64,000 nucleotides of DNA from Tissierellaceae bacterium (GCA_023229175.1 JALNZV010000007.1:18550-82549); one strand, 5' to 3'. Shown: positions 40,334 through 51,125, counted from the stretch's first letter. The notes: a model not told the origin generated them from the letters alone. Numbers and translations are program-made.

Positions 40334-40375
40334 TATATATAATTAAAGGTTAAAACAAATTTAGGGGGTTAAGGA

Positions 40376-40726
40376 ATGTTGGATACGGAGAACAAATTGT
40401 CAATTATCACCAAAGCCTGTGAGGAGAAAAAGGGAATAGATACGAGAGTACTTAATATTTCAGAATTAACACCTATAGCAGACTACTTTGTAATCGTAAG
40501 CGGGAATTCATCGGCTCAAGTAATGTCCATAGCTGACGAGGTGGAAAAAAAGGTATTTGAGGCAGGCTACACAGAGATATCGAAAGAAGGATATCAAAGT
40601 GGCAGGTGGATACTTATGGATTTAGATGATATAATAGTACATGTATTTCATAAGGAAGAAAGGGACTATTACAATTTAGAGAGACTTTGGTCGAACAAAA
40701 AAGAAAAATCAAAGGAGGAGGAATAA
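40376..40726 (+). CDS. rsfS: Ribosome silencing factor RsfS
   Basis: Motifs ADYFVIVSGNSSAQV and WILMDLDDIIVHVF. Confidence 0.92.
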   Translation: MLDTENKLSIITKACEEKKGIDTRVLNISELTPIADYFVIVSGNSSAQVMSIADEVEKKVFEAGYTEISKEGYQSGRWILMDLDDIIVHVFHKEERDYYNLERLWSNKKEKSKEEE

Positions 40727-40729
40727 ATA

Positions 40730-41110
40730 ATGACATTAAAATTTATTTCTACAGAAAAAGCACCAGCTGCAGTAGGTCCATATTCACAAGGGATTAAAGC
40801 TGGTAACATTATATTTACATCTGGGCAGTTGCCTGTAGTTTTAGAAACGGGAGAAGTACACAAGGGAGATATACAAAAAGAAACGAAACTGTGTCTAGAA
40901 AATGTGAAGGCAGTATTGGAAGCAGAAGGTGCAACCATAAAGGACATAGCAAAAGTTACAGTATTTGTAACAGATATGAACAATTTTTCATCAATAAATG
41001 AGGTATACGACGAGTTCTTTGAAGGACACAAACCTGCCAGATCTTTGGTTCAAGTATCAGCATTGCCAAAGGGAGCAGATATAGAAATCGAAGCAATAGC
41101 AGCATTGTAA
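40730..41110 (+). CDS. ridA: RidA family reactive-intermediate deaminase
   Basis: Motifs APAAVGPYSQGI and PARSLVQVSALPKGADIEIEAIA. Confidence 0.92.
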   Translation: MTLKFISTEKAPAAVGPYSQGIKAGNIIFTSGQLPVVLETGEVHKGDIQKETKLCLENVKAVLEAEGATIKDIAKVTVFVTDMNNFSSINEVYDEFFEGHKPARSLVQVSALPKGADIEIEAIAAL

Positions 41111-41114
41111 TATG

Positions 41115-41140
41115 AAAAAAGCCACGGAAACGTGGCTTTT
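41115..41140. terminator. Bidirectional terminator between the convergent ridA and carboxypeptidase genes
   Basis: Sequence aaaaaagccacg-gaaa-cgtggctttt. Confidence 0.85.
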
Positions 41141-41151
41141 AAAATATAGAT

Positions 41152-42408
41152 TTACGCTCCAAATAAAGTGGCACTTCTTTGTTTACGCCTTTTTCTCCTA
41201 TTACTGATAACCCATACCCTAGATAAAATAAGTACAAGAAATACAAACCAATACCAATTATTAACCAACCTCTTTAAAAGGCTTGGAGCCTCAAGGGCAT
41301 CTATATCCATAGTAGATATAATATGGGATTCAGCAACTTTGTGATCATCTATCCAATATTCCATTTTGCCAATCACCTGGTTTTTTTCAATAGGTGCAGC
41401 AATAGGTGAATCAGCTATAATTCTCTCTTCAATAGAGGTGTTTTTATTTTTTTGTAATATATAATAGGAATCTGATTTTGTTATACCAGCTACATAAGGT
41501 TGTACACCATTTTCTACCTGAAAATTTTCAATAAACTTGTTGGCAAAACCAATCCTAGCTTTCTCGAAATTATTTATGCCATAATTCAACAGCCTGTGGG
41601 TATCAGAGTACACATCCTTGGGATCAGACTTAAGCACAACGGAAATAAGCTTATTGTCCAGATCCTCATAAGAAGTGACTAAACAATTGCCTGCAGCAAT
41701 GGTATAACCGGTTTTAACGCCGTTTACCCCCTCAAATTTAATTGGGATAGAATTGCCATCTAAATTTATTTTCTCATTGCTGTATAAAAGCTTGTTCGAG
41801 GACTTCAAATATCTCTCCTCAGTCTTTACATTAGTTACTGGTATAGTATAAGTATAATTGCCGACAATACTTCTGAAAATTTCATTTTCCATGGCATATC
41901 TAGCAATTAACGCTAAGTCGTATGCTGAAGTATAATGATTTTCATCTGGAAGTCCGTTGGGATTTACAAAATTGGTATTGAGAGCCCCAAGGGATTTTGC
42001 TTTTTCATTCATCAGCTTGGAAAATCCTTCAATACTTCCGCTGATATGCTTTGCTATGGCCAATGCGGCATCGTTGGCTGAGGGAATTAAAAGGGCATTT
42101 AACATTTGTTCCATCGTCAGTCTTTCACCGGGCTCCAGGGCAATATGGCTGCCATCTGTTAAATCAACAACTTCTTGATCCACAATTACAATATCATCTA
42201 AATCCGATAGTTCAATTGCCAATATTGCAGTCATTATTTTAGTTGTACTGGCAGGGTAAAGCCTTTTATGGGGATTTTTCTCGTAAAGGATTTCCAAAGA
42301 ATCCACATCAATTAAAATTGCCCCCTCACCAGTAAGATTTAAATCTTCCGCAAAGGAGTATGTACTTACAGCTAACAGTAGAACAATTAAAAAAATAACT
42401 TTCTTCAA
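41152..42408 (-). CDS. Serine-type D-Ala-D-Ala carboxypeptidase (PBP5/DacB-like) with a C-terminal membrane anchor
   Basis: Motifs YPASTTKIMTA (SxxK), PSANDAA (SxN) and VKTGYT (KTG). A TTG start at 42408 gives the signal peptide MKKVIFLIVLLLAVS. Confidence 0.88.
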   Translation of the reverse strand: MKKVIFLIVLLLAVSTYSFAEDLNLTGEGAILIDVDSLEILYEKNPHKRLYPASTTKIMTAILAIELSDLDDIVIVDQEVVDLTDGSHIALEPGERLTMEQMLNALLIPSANDAALAIAKHISGSIEGFSKLMNEKAKSLGALNTNFVNPNGLPDENHYTSAYDLALIARYAMENEIFRSIVGNYTYTIPVTNVKTEERYLKSSNKLLYSNEKINLDGNSIPIKFEGVNGVKTGYTIAAGNCLVTSYEDLDNKLISVVLKSDPKDVYSDTHRLLNYGINNFEKARIGFANKFIENFQVENGVQPYVAGITKSDSYYILQKNKNTSIEERIIADSPIAAPIEKNQVIGKMEYWIDDHKVAESHIISTMDIDALEAPSLLKRLVNNWYWFVFLVLILSRVWVISNRRKRRKQRSATLFGA

Positions 42409-42591
42409 AACATACACCACCTTTATTTTTATGTAAATAAACTCAACAATAAAATTATATCAGAAATAAAGAAAAAATGTAGGATGAATTTCTAAGTTTT
42501 ATAAAAACTATAAAAATCTTAAAAATAAAGCAGGAGAAAACAAAATTAAGTCGAATTATTATATATGAAATCGAGAAATGGGGGTATATAA

Positions 42592-43203
42592 TTGGTGACC
42601 TTTACAAAAAGAGAACAAATAGCTATACTAGTAATTGCCTTAATAATGATTTTTACCTTGGGATTTAAATTTGTAAAGAAGGAAATAACTAAGCCAAAAG
42701 AGTTGGATTTAGAGATATACAATGAAGAACCAACTGCAAATATGGAAGAATTTGAAGATGAAGAGGACGAAGATGAATTTATAATGGTTCATATAAGCGG
42801 GCAAATAAATTTTCCGGGAGTAATTGAAATAAAAAAAGGAAAAAGACTAATAGATGCAGTAGAAATGCTTGGAGGCTTGAAAAAGGAAGCAGATATAGAT
42901 AGGATAAACCTGGCAAAAAAGTTGGAGGACGAAGAAAAGATATATATACCTAAAATAGGTGAAGAACCTGGAGAAACAGTGAGTTATTCTACAGTAGAAA
43001 CTAAATCCGAGGGAAAGATTAACATTAACAAAGCAAGCAAAAGCGAATTGTCCACATTGCCTGGCATTGGCGAGATTTTGGCAGATAGGATAATCCAATA
43101 TAGAGAAGAGACTCCTTTCAAAACCATAGAGGATATAAAAAATGTATCTGGCATAGGAGATAAAAAATTCGAATCAGTAAAGGAATTAATAATTGCTAAC
43201 TAG
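42592..43203 (+). CDS. comEA: ComEA-family DNA-binding protein (SLBB plus helix-hairpin-helix)
   Basis: TM anchor, then ININKASKSELSTLPGIGEILADRII and NVSGIGDKKFE. Confidence 0.85.
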   Translation: MVTFTKREQIAILVIALIMIFTLGFKFVKKEITKPKELDLEIYNEEPTANMEEFEDEEDEDEFIMVHISGQINFPGVIEIKKGKRLIDAVEMLGGLKKEADIDRINLAKKLEDEEKIYIPKIGEEPGETVSYSTVETKSEGKININKASKSELSTLPGIGEILADRIIQYREETPFKTIEDIKNVSGIGDKKFESVKELIIAN

Positions 43204-43217
43204 AAGGAGGTGAGTAA

Positions 43218-44252
43218 ATGGAAATTAAATTGACACAAATGACCAAAGCCTCGGGGTGAGCCGCTAAAATAGGACCCGATGTCCTGGCGCAAGTTTTGCG
43301 TCATATACCAAAATCAGAAGATGAAAAACTGCTTGTAGGACTTGATACATCCGACGATGCAGCAGTTTATAAGATAAATGAGGAAATTGCCATGATTCAA
43401 ACTGTGGATTTTTTCACTCCCATAGTTGATGACCCTTATACATTTGGACAAATAGCAGCTACCAACGCCCTGTCAGATATATATGCCATGGGGGGCGAAC
43501 CAAAATTAGCCATGAATATAGTATGTTTTCCCACATGTTTAAGCCCCGATATCCTAACGGAGATTTTAAAGGGAGGCTATGACAAGGTAAAGGAAGCAGG
43601 AGCCATAGTGGTAGGAGGCCACACAATAGAAGATGATGAACCAAAGTTTGGATTATCGGTCACAGGATTTGCACATCCAGATAAGATACTGGCAAATAAA
43701 ACGGCTAAGGTAGGGGATTTGCTAATACTTACAAAACCTTTGGGCATAGGAATAATTAACACCGCTATCAAGGGAGAATTAGTGGATAAGGAATCTTATG
43801 ACGAAGCAGTTATGGCAATGACAACATTAAATAAATACGCTAAAGAAGTAATCGACAAAGTAGGAGGCGTAAACAGCCTGACAGATGTCACTGGATTTGG
43901 CCTAATAGGCCATGCCTACGAGATGGCAGATGCCAGTTCAGTATCCATTAGGATAGACCATAAAAAGATACCAGTAATAACAAAAGCCATAGAATATGCA
44001 AACATGGGTCTAGTACCTGCTGGTGCCTACGCAAACAGAGGGTATGTAGATGAATTTATCAAGATAAATAAGGACGTGCCAGAATATATGGAAGATATAC
44101 TATGTGACCCCCAAACATCAGGAGGACTTTTAATATCCATACCAAAAGAAAGGGCAGATATTTTGCTAGAGGAGTTAAAATCTACCCCTACAAGATATGG
44201 AATAATTGGAGAAGTAGTGGAAAAACAGGAATATCACATATACGTTGATTAA
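43218..44252 (+). CDS. selD: Selenide, water dikinase (selenophosphate synthetase), selenocysteine-containing (UGA at codon 14, 43257-43259)
   Basis: The ATG at 43218 after a GAAGGAGGTGA SD gives MEIKLTQMTKASG-U-AAKIGPDVLAQVL, in frame with ORF 43296-44252. U occupies the catalytic Cys position of the LTQ..GxG(C/U)xxK motif. Confidence 0.9.
43271..43285 (+). promoter_or_regulatory. Candidate SECIS hairpin of selD
   Basis: AGGAC-CCGAU-GUCCU, starting 11 nt after the UGA. Confidence 0.5.
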
Positions 44253-44271
44253 GAAGGGAAGGGATCTATAA

Positions 44272-45690
44272 TTGGAAAACCTATTTGCCTTATTGCCAAA
44301 AGTAGACGATTTACTAGAATCAGAGAACATAAAAGATTTACTAGATTATATACCGAGAAAGCTGGTTTTGGACAGCATACGAATAGAAATAGAGGCAATA
44401 CGAGAAAAAATAAAAGGACAAAGACCAAAAGACGAAATAAATAAAGAAATTGAAGATATTCACTTTAAGATAAGGAAAAGGGCAGAGAAAAGAAATAAAA
44501 ACAAACTTAAAAGAGTTGTCAACTGCACAGGTGTAGTCATACACACGAATTTGGGCAGATCTCTAATAAACAAGGAAATAATGGAAAATATCAGTGAAAT
44601 AGCAACTAATTATTCAAATCTCGAATACGACTTGGAGACTGGAACTAGGGGTTTGAGATACAGCCATTTAGAGGAAATAATTACAGAAATAACAGGTGGC
44701 GAATCCACCATAGTAGTAAACAACAACGCCGCTGCAGTATTGTTGGTACTTAGTACCATAGCTAAGGGAAAAGAAGTCATAGTCTCCCGTGGTGAGCTAA
44801 TTGAAATAGGAGGGGCATTTAGAATACCAGAGGTAATGGAACAAAGTGGAGCTACTTTAATTTCAGTTGGAACCACAAATAAAACCCATTTAAGGGACTA
44901 TGAAAATGCCATAAACGAAGATACAGGAGCACTATTGAAAGTGCATACCAGTAACTATAGAATATTAGGGTTTACGTCATCAGTAGATTCAGAAAAACTA
45001 TTTGAACTGAGGAAAAAATACGATATACCTTTAATAGAGGACTTGGGGAGTGGAGTACTGGTAGACCTATCTAAATACGGAATAGAATACGAACCCACAG
45101 TACAAGAAAGTATAAAAAAAGGCGTCGATGTAGTGACTTTTAGCGGAGACAAGTTATTAGGCGGACCTCAAGTGGGAATTATCGTAGGTAGACGGAAATA
45201 TATAGAAGAAATGAAAAAGAACCCCTTGACTAGGGCATTCAGAGTTGATAAATTTACTATTTCAGCATTGGAAGCAACTTTAAGATACTACTTTGACGAG
45301 GAAAGAGCTATAAATGAAATTCCAACCCTAAAGATGCTGACCATGAGCATGGAAGAGATTGAGAAGAAAACTAAGGTACTTCAAGAAAGGATACTGGAAA
45401 AAATAGAGGATCCTGGGATGACAATTCATATAGAAAATAGCTACTCTGAAGTTGGAGGAGGTTCTTTGCCTTTGGAAAAGCTGCCTACAAAATGTATAGT
45501 TGTGACCCTAGAGAAAATGAGTACCCAAGCATTTGAAAACAACTTGAGAAGATTTCATATACCTATTATTACGAGACTATATAAAGATAAAATTTATTTT
45601 GATTTAAGGACAATCAGAAATGAAGAATTTGATATAATAGTAGAGGGCCTACTATATGCCTTTGAAAAAACAAAAGGAGTAATGCAATGA
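44272..45690 (+). CDS. selA: L-seryl-tRNA(Sec) selenium transferase
   Basis: Motifs NCTGVVIHTNLGRS and TFSGDKLLGGPQVGII (PLP lysine). TTG start. Confidence 0.93.
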   Translation: MENLFALLPKVDDLLESENIKDLLDYIPRKLVLDSIRIEIEAIREKIKGQRPKDEINKEIEDIHFKIRKRAEKRNKNKLKRVVNCTGVVIHTNLGRSLINKEIMENISEIATNYSNLEYDLETGTRGLRYSHLEEIITEITGGESTIVVNNNAAAVLLVLSTIAKGKEVIVSRGELIEIGGAFRIPEVMEQSGATLISVGTTNKTHLRDYENAINEDTGALLKVHTSNYRILGFTSSVDSEKLFELRKKYDIPLIEDLGSGVLVDLSKYGIEYEPTVQESIKKGVDVVTFSGDKLLGGPQVGIIVGRRKYIEEMKKNPLTRAFRVDKFTISALEATLRYYFDEERAINEIPTLKMLTMSMEEIEKKTKVLQERILEKIEDPGMTIHIENSYSEVGGGSLPLEKLPTKCIVVTLEKMSTQAFENNLRRFHIPIITRLYKDKIYFDLRTIRNEEFDIIVEGLLYAFEKTKGVMQ

Positions 45691-47597
45691 AACACGTCAT
45701 TATCGGAACAGCTGGTCATATTGATCACGGCAAAACAACTTTAATAAGGGCTATCACCGGTAGAAATACAGATAGATTGAAAGAAGAGCAGGAAAGGGGA
45801 ATATCCATAGAGCTAGGTTTCACCTATTTTGACCTACCATCTAATCAAAGGGCTGGTATAATCGACGTACCTGGACATGAAAAATTTATAAAAAACATGC
45901 TTGCAGGAGTCATGGGTATAGATATAGTACTATTAGTAGTGGCAGCCGACGAGGGAATTATGCCTCAAACTTTGGAGCACCTTCACATATTGGACCTACT
46001 TGGTATTAAAAAAGGTTTTGTAGTCCTAACAAAGACAGATTTAGTAGATAAAGAATGGATTGATATGGTAGAGGAAGAAGTAGAAAGCGAAATATTGGGA
46101 ACGTTTTTAGAAAAATCTCCAATAATTAGAGTGTCATCAACCACTAAGGCGGGTATAAACGAAGTTATCGAGATAATAGACCAATACGCCAATGAATTAG
46201 AGGAAAAGGACACCAAAGATATGCCTAGATTGCCTGTAGACAGGGTATTTACAATATCGGGTTTCGGTACCGTAGTCACAGGAACCCTTCTATCGGGGCA
46301 GCTTAGCATTGGAGAAGAACTGCAAGTATTTCCAGGACAAAGAAAGGCAAGAATAAGAACCTTACAAGTTCACGACCAATATGCGAAGACTGCCTATGGA
46401 GGGCAGAGAGTAGCTATAAATCTAGCAGGATTAAAGAAAGACGATATCCAAAGAGGAGATACCCTAGCACCTGTAAATTCCATGTCAGACACCATGATGC
46501 TAGATGTGAAGATAAAACTTTTAAAAGGTGCAGATAGATATATAGACAATAGAACTAGGCTTAGACTATACGTCGGCACCAAAGAAATCCTCTGCCGTAT
46601 TGTGCTGCTCGATAGAGAACAATTGGGGCCAGGAGAAGAGACCTATGCACAACTTAGGCTAGAGGAAGAAACTGTAGCAAAAAGAGGAGACAAATTTATC
46701 ATTAGATTTTATTCTCCCATGTATACAATTGGAGGGGGAGAAATACTAGAGCCAAATCCAAAGAAGAAAAAGCGATTTGACGAAAAGGCCTTAAAAGAAT
46801 TAGAAGTAAAAGAAAAGGGGACATCCATAGATATAACAGAAAAAATCATTGAAGATAACTCAAAGAATTTTCCAACCACAAAAGAAATTGCAGTACTGAC
46901 GTCGATGTTGGAGGAGAGCGTAAGGGATGAGGTACAAAGTCTAATGGAAATGAAAAAAGTAATCTCCTTTCAACTGACGAAGGACCTGCACGTGATTCAC
47001 AAAAACTATTATGAGGAAGTGAAAAATAGGATAATAGAGGAATTGCAGAATTTTCACAAAAAATATCCTTTGAGATGGGGAATGTCCAAGGAAGAAATAA
47101 AAAACAAATATTTAGGAAATGCAAAGCCGAGAGTAGGAGATAGTTTCCTTGACAACTTAGTAAAAGAAGGGTACCTATCACAAAGGTTAGAAAACCTTTC
47201 CATTATAGACTTTGAAATAAACCTAAGCCCCCTTCAGCAAAACATAAGGGAAGAAATATTGAAAAAGTTCAATAGTAGTCCCTACCAACCGCCAAAGAAA
47301 GAAGACTTAGACACCATAGGGAATAGCCCCAAAGGAGAAGCAGATGAAGTCTTCATATCCATGGTGAACGATGGCGACATTGTAAAACTAAATGAGGAAT
47401 TACATCTATCAAAAGAAGCATATGAAAATGCAGTAAATATATTAAAGGAATATTTAAAGGAAAAAGAAAGTATAACAACTGGTGAGTTTAGAGATCTTTT
47501 AAATACCAATAGAAAAGTAGCCATTGCCCTTTTGGAGTATTTTGACCAAATTAAACTGACCAAAAGAGAAAAGGATATTAGGGTAATAAATAAATAA
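45687..47597 (+). CDS. selB: Selenocysteine-specific translation elongation factor
   Basis: G motifs [21 protein letters not shown] and TKTD. C-terminal winged-helix repeats. Overlaps the selA stop. Confidence 0.95.
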   Translation: MKHVIIGTAGHIDHGKTTLIRAITGRNTDRLKEEQERGISIELGFTYFDLPSNQRAGIIDVPGHEKFIKNMLAGVMGIDIVLLVVAADEGIMPQTLEHLHILDLLGIKKGFVVLTKTDLVDKEWIDMVEEEVESEILGTFLEKSPIIRVSSTTKAGINEVIEIIDQYANELEEKDTKDMPRLPVDRVFTISGFGTVVTGTLLSGQLSIGEELQVFPGQRKARIRTLQVHDQYAKTAYGGQRVAINLAGLKKDDIQRGDTLAPVNSMSDTMMLDVKIKLLKGADRYIDNRTRLRLYVGTKEILCRIVLLDREQLGPGEETYAQLRLEEETVAKRGDKFIIRFYSPMYTIGGGEILEPNPKKKKRFDEKALKELEVKEKGTSIDITEKIIEDNSKNFPTTKEIAVLTSMLEESVRDEVQSLMEMKKVISFQLTKDLHVIHKNYYEEVKNRIIEELQNFHKKYPLRWGMSKEEIKNKYLGNAKPRVGDSFLDNLVKEGYLSQRLENLSIIDFEINLSPLQQNIREEILKKFNSSPYQPPKKEDLDTIGNSPKGEADEVFISMVNDGDIVKLNEELHLSKEAYENAVNILKEYLKEKESITTGEFRDLLNTNRKVAIALLEYFDQIKLTKREKDIRVINK

Positions 47598-47623
47598 ATT
47601 TGGCTAAATACTGAGGTGGATAA

Positions 47624-48319
47624 ATGGAGACGAAAATCTTAATAATCGATGGGGACAAGGCCTTTGTAAAAGGGTTAAAATACAGCCTAGAACAAGACGG
47701 GTACACCATAGATGCAGTTTATAGTGGGAAAGAGGTAGTTGAAAGAATAACAAAATACAAATATAATTTAGTAATGTTGGATTTGTTGTTACCAGATTAC
47801 GACGGATTAAATACATGTAAAGAGATTCGAGATGTATCTCAGGTTCCTATCGTGGTCATAACTAAAAAAGATGAAGATATCAATAAGATCTTAGCCTTAG
47901 AATATGGGGCAGATGACTACATGGTGAAACCATTTAATATTTTAGTCTTAAAAGCAAAGATAAAGGCAATACTAAGAAGGGAAAACTATAAAAATGTAGA
48001 ATTGAACAATCAAGTGCTTAAAATGCATGATTTTACCATAAATACTGTTGGAAGAAAAGTGACGATAAACAATAAAAATATAAACTTAACAGGGAAAGAA
48101 TTCGATCTTTTCTATGTGCTGATTTCCAATCCGGGCAAGGTATTTAAAAGGGAAGAACTACTTGAATTAGTTTGGGGATACGCATATTTCGGTGATTTGA
48201 GGACAGTAGATGTTCACATCAGAAGAATAAGAGAAAAATTGGAGAAAGACTCCCTAGACAAACAGTATATAATGACAAAATGGGGAGTAGGCTATTATTT
48301 TAATAATACTAACATATAA
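47624..48319 (+). CDS. OmpR-family response regulator (no cognate kinase adjacent)
   Basis: Receiver domain (LVMLDLLLPDYDG, MVKPF) plus a winged-helix output domain (LTGKEFDLFYVL, VWGY). Confidence 0.88.
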   Translation: METKILIIDGDKAFVKGLKYSLEQDGYTIDAVYSGKEVVERITKYKYNLVMLDLLLPDYDGLNTCKEIRDVSQVPIVVITKKDEDINKILALEYGADDYMVKPFNILVLKAKIKAILRRENYKNVELNNQVLKMHDFTINTVGRKVTINNKNINLTGKEFDLFYVLISNPGKVFKREELLELVWGYAYFGDLRTVDVHIRRIREKLEKDSLDKQYIMTKWGVGYYFNNTNI

Positions 48320-48349
48320 TATTAAAAGATATAGAAAAGAGGCATTACT

Positions 48350-49030
48350 ATGGCATTAGGGATATTGGGAGGCATGGGCCCGCAGGCTACATGTCAGCTA
48401 TTTCAAAGAATAATAAAACTCACAAATGCAGAAAATGATCAGGACCATATACACACCATAATAGACAGCAATACAAAAATACCAGACAGAACAGAATACA
48501 TCCTTGGAAATGGGAAAGACCCAAGGCCGGAAATGATTAAATCCATAGTAAAACTGGAGGCTATGGGTGTAGATAATATAGCAATCCCTTGCAATACAGC
48601 CCATTTTTTTTACGATGATATTAAAAAATATACAAAAGTAAACATAATCAATATGATATACGAAGCAGGGAATTACCTAAGAAAAAATAATAAGGAAGAT
48701 AAAGAATACCTATTGTTGGCTACCGAGGGGACTTACAAAACTCGGGTTTACGAGAAATACTTCAATGCCATGGGATTAAACATATTGGTACCGGATGATA
48801 GAGATAAAAAGATTCTTATGACATGGATTTACAAGGTAAAATCTTCTGCAATAGATATAGAATTAAAGGAATTTGAAGAATTAGTAAGTAAATACACAGA
48901 AGCTAAAGACATACCAATCATAATCGGTTGCACAGAGCTATCCGTATTGGTAGAAGAAATAAAGTACAGAAAAAAGTATTTTGATTCAATGACAATATTA
49001 GCAAAGAAATGCGTGGAATTATCTATATAG
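48350..49030 (+). CDS. Aspartate/glutamate racemase family protein
   Basis: Motifs LGILGGMGPQAT, IPCNTAH and IIGCTELS. Confidence 0.88.
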   Translation: MALGILGGMGPQATCQLFQRIIKLTNAENDQDHIHTIIDSNTKIPDRTEYILGNGKDPRPEMIKSIVKLEAMGVDNIAIPCNTAHFFYDDIKKYTKVNIINMIYEAGNYLRKNNKEDKEYLLLATEGTYKTRVYEKYFNAMGLNILVPDDRDKKILMTWIYKVKSSAIDIELKEFEELVSKYTEAKDIPIIIGCTELSVLVEEIKYRKKYFDSMTILAKKCVELSI

Positions 49031-49095
49031 AATGCAATTTGACAGAATTTTAAATCTTTGCTACAATACTTATTATAATAAAACATTCTTTTATA

Positions 49096-49215
49096 AGGCT
49101 GAATCTTTTATGGAAAGAGCGGGGGAACCAATTTTTGGGGTGAATCTTCTTTAAGAAGTAGGGCTACTCTTCAGTCCGAATCCGACAGCTAACCTCGTAG
49201 GCTTAAGAAGAGGGG
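49096..49215 (+). ncRNA. c-di-AMP riboswitch (ydaO/yuaA class)
   Basis: Conserved blocks GCGGGGGAACCA, TTTGGGGTGAATC and CCGAATCCGACAGCTAACCTCGTAGGC, located upstream of an osmoprotectant ABC operon. Confidence 0.8.
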
Positions 49216-49241
49216 GTTGATAGTTGCGTATATTAATTTTT

Positions 49242-49267
49242 AGGCTATGGATCTCCATAGCTTTTTT
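49242..49267 (+). terminator. Intrinsic terminator (expression platform of the riboswitch)
   Basis: Hairpin ggctatgga-tc-tccatagc followed by tttttt, about 60 nt before the start codon. Confidence 0.75.
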
Positions 49268-49326
49268 GTGTGCATTTTCAAGGGCAGATCCACCGTGAAT
49301 TTGGGTCAATAGCAGTGTAAAGGAGG

Positions 49327-50436
49327 ATGTCAGTGATAAGTTTTAAAAACGTAACAAAAAAATTCGATTCTTTTGTAGCTGTAGATAATCTAAATGTAGA
49401 ATTCAATACTGGGGAAACCATAGTGTTAATAGGACCTAGCGGGTGTGGGAAAACTACGACATTGCGTATGATAAACCGACTAATAGAGCCGACAGAAGGC
49501 AGTATTTCAATTAATGGAACAGACATACACAAAACAAATCCTGTAGAATTAAGGAGAAATATAGGGTATGTAATACAGCAGATAGGTTTATTTCCCCATA
49601 TGAATATAGCACAGAACATAGGATTAGTTCCATACCTTAAAAACGTACCAGAATCTAAGCGTAAACAAAGAGTAGAAGAACTATTAGAATTTGTAGATAT
49701 GGATCCATCAGAATTCTACAATAGATATCCCAATGAACTAAGTGGGGGACAACAACAGCGTATAGGTGTGGCAAGGGCCCTTGCAGCAGATCCAGAAATA
49801 ATATTGATGGACGAGCCCTTCGGTGCTTTGGACCCCATTACAAGGTCAACATTGCAAGACGAGCTCCTGGAAATACAGGACAGGATAAAAAAGACAATAA
49901 TCTTTGTAACCCATGACATGGACGAGGCATTAAAATTAGCGGATAAAATAGCAATTATGAAGGACGGAAAGATATTACAATTTGACAGTCCAGAGGAAAT
50001 ACTTAAAAACCCAAGTCATGGATTTGTAGAAGAATTCATAGGCAAAGACAGACTATTAAAACAACCAGAATTTATCATAGTCAAAGATATAATGATTACA
50101 GACCCCATAACCATATCGCCGGAGCGAACATTGAACCAAGCTTTGGAAAAGATGAGAAAAGAAAAAGTAGATAGCCTGATGGTCACAGATAGTGAAAGTA
50201 AATTTATAGGTCTTATAACAGCCAATGATGTACTAGACAATTTTGATAAGTCCTATAAAGTAAATGAAGTAATACGAGCCAATGTACACCAAGTATCTGA
50301 AGATGCAAATGTCAGTCAGGTACTATCTATAATGGCACAAGAGCAGGTTGGATATGTTCCAGTTACAGATGATAAACAAAAACTTACGGGACTCATTACA
50401 AGGTCAAGTCTAGTCAACGTTTTAGGGCGAAGTTAG
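49327..50436 (+). CDS. Glycine betaine/carnitine/choline-type ABC transporter ATP-binding protein with tandem CBS domains
   Basis: Walker A GPSGCGKTT, signature LSGGQQQR, Walker B ILMDEPF, and a C-terminal CBS pair. The GTG at 49333 is an alternative start. Confidence 0.9.
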   Translation: MSVISFKNVTKKFDSFVAVDNLNVEFNTGETIVLIGPSGCGKTTTLRMINRLIEPTEGSISINGTDIHKTNPVELRRNIGYVIQQIGLFPHMNIAQNIGLVPYLKNVPESKRKQRVEELLEFVDMDPSEFYNRYPNELSGGQQQRIGVARALAADPEIILMDEPFGALDPITRSTLQDELLEIQDRIKKTIIFVTHDMDEALKLADKIAIMKDGKILQFDSPEEILKNPSHGFVEEFIGKDRLLKQPEFIIVKDIMITDPITISPERTLNQALEKMRKEKVDSLMVTDSESKFIGLITANDVLDNFDKSYKVNEVIRANVHQVSEDANVSQVLSIMAQEQVGYVPVTDDKQKLTGLITRSSLVNVLGRS

Positions 50437-50463
50437 AAAATCATAGAAAAAGGAGAATAGAAA

Positions 50464-51105
50464 ATGTCACTGTTAAACTTTTTAAAAAATAACCCAAGCC
50501 TAATATTTAATCTGATATTGGAGCATCTCCAACTGACGGGCACAGCAATCCTATCGGCAATTGTAATAGGAGTCCCCTTAGGTATTATAATTACCCGCTA
50601 TAAGAAATTAGCAGATCCGATATTGGCAATAGCCAGTATATTTCAGACAATACCCAGTATTGCATTCTTTGGTTTGCTAATACCAATCCTGGGAATAGGA
50701 AAGAGAACAGCTATCTTAGTGCTATTTCTATATGCTCTACTCCCTATAGTAAAAAATACCTACACGGGAATAAAGGAAGTATCTCCCTTTATGATAGATG
50801 CTGGCAGGGGAATGGGCATGACAAACATGCAAATATTACGAATGGTGGAGCTGCCACAATCCCTATCGGTGATTATGGCAGGAGTCAGAATAGCAACAGT
50901 AATCAATATTGGAACTACTACCATAGCAGCATATGTAGGTGGAGGTGGACTAGGAGAACTAATATTCAGAGGTATACAAATGTATAGAAACGAAATGATT
51001 TTGGCAGGGGCCGTACCGGCAGCATTATTGGCTATTTTCGCAGATAAGATACTTGGATATGTAGAATATCGCCTTATGCCAAAAGGTCTAAGGAAAAAGG
51101 CCTAA
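50464..51105 (+). CDS. Osmoprotectant ABC transporter permease
   Basis: 213-aa polytopic protein of the BPD-transporter type, placed between the ATPase and the SBP. Confidence 0.88.
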   Translation: MSLLNFLKNNPSLIFNLILEHLQLTGTAILSAIVIGVPLGIIITRYKKLADPILAIASIFQTIPSIAFFGLLIPILGIGKRTAILVLFLYALLPIVKNTYTGIKEVSPFMIDAGRGMGMTNMQILRMVELPQSLSVIMAGVRIATVINIGTTTIAAYVGGGGLGELIFRGIQMYRNEMILAGAVPAALLAIFADKILGYVEYRLMPKGLRKKA

Positions 51106-51125
51106 AGAAAAAGGAGGAGAATTTT

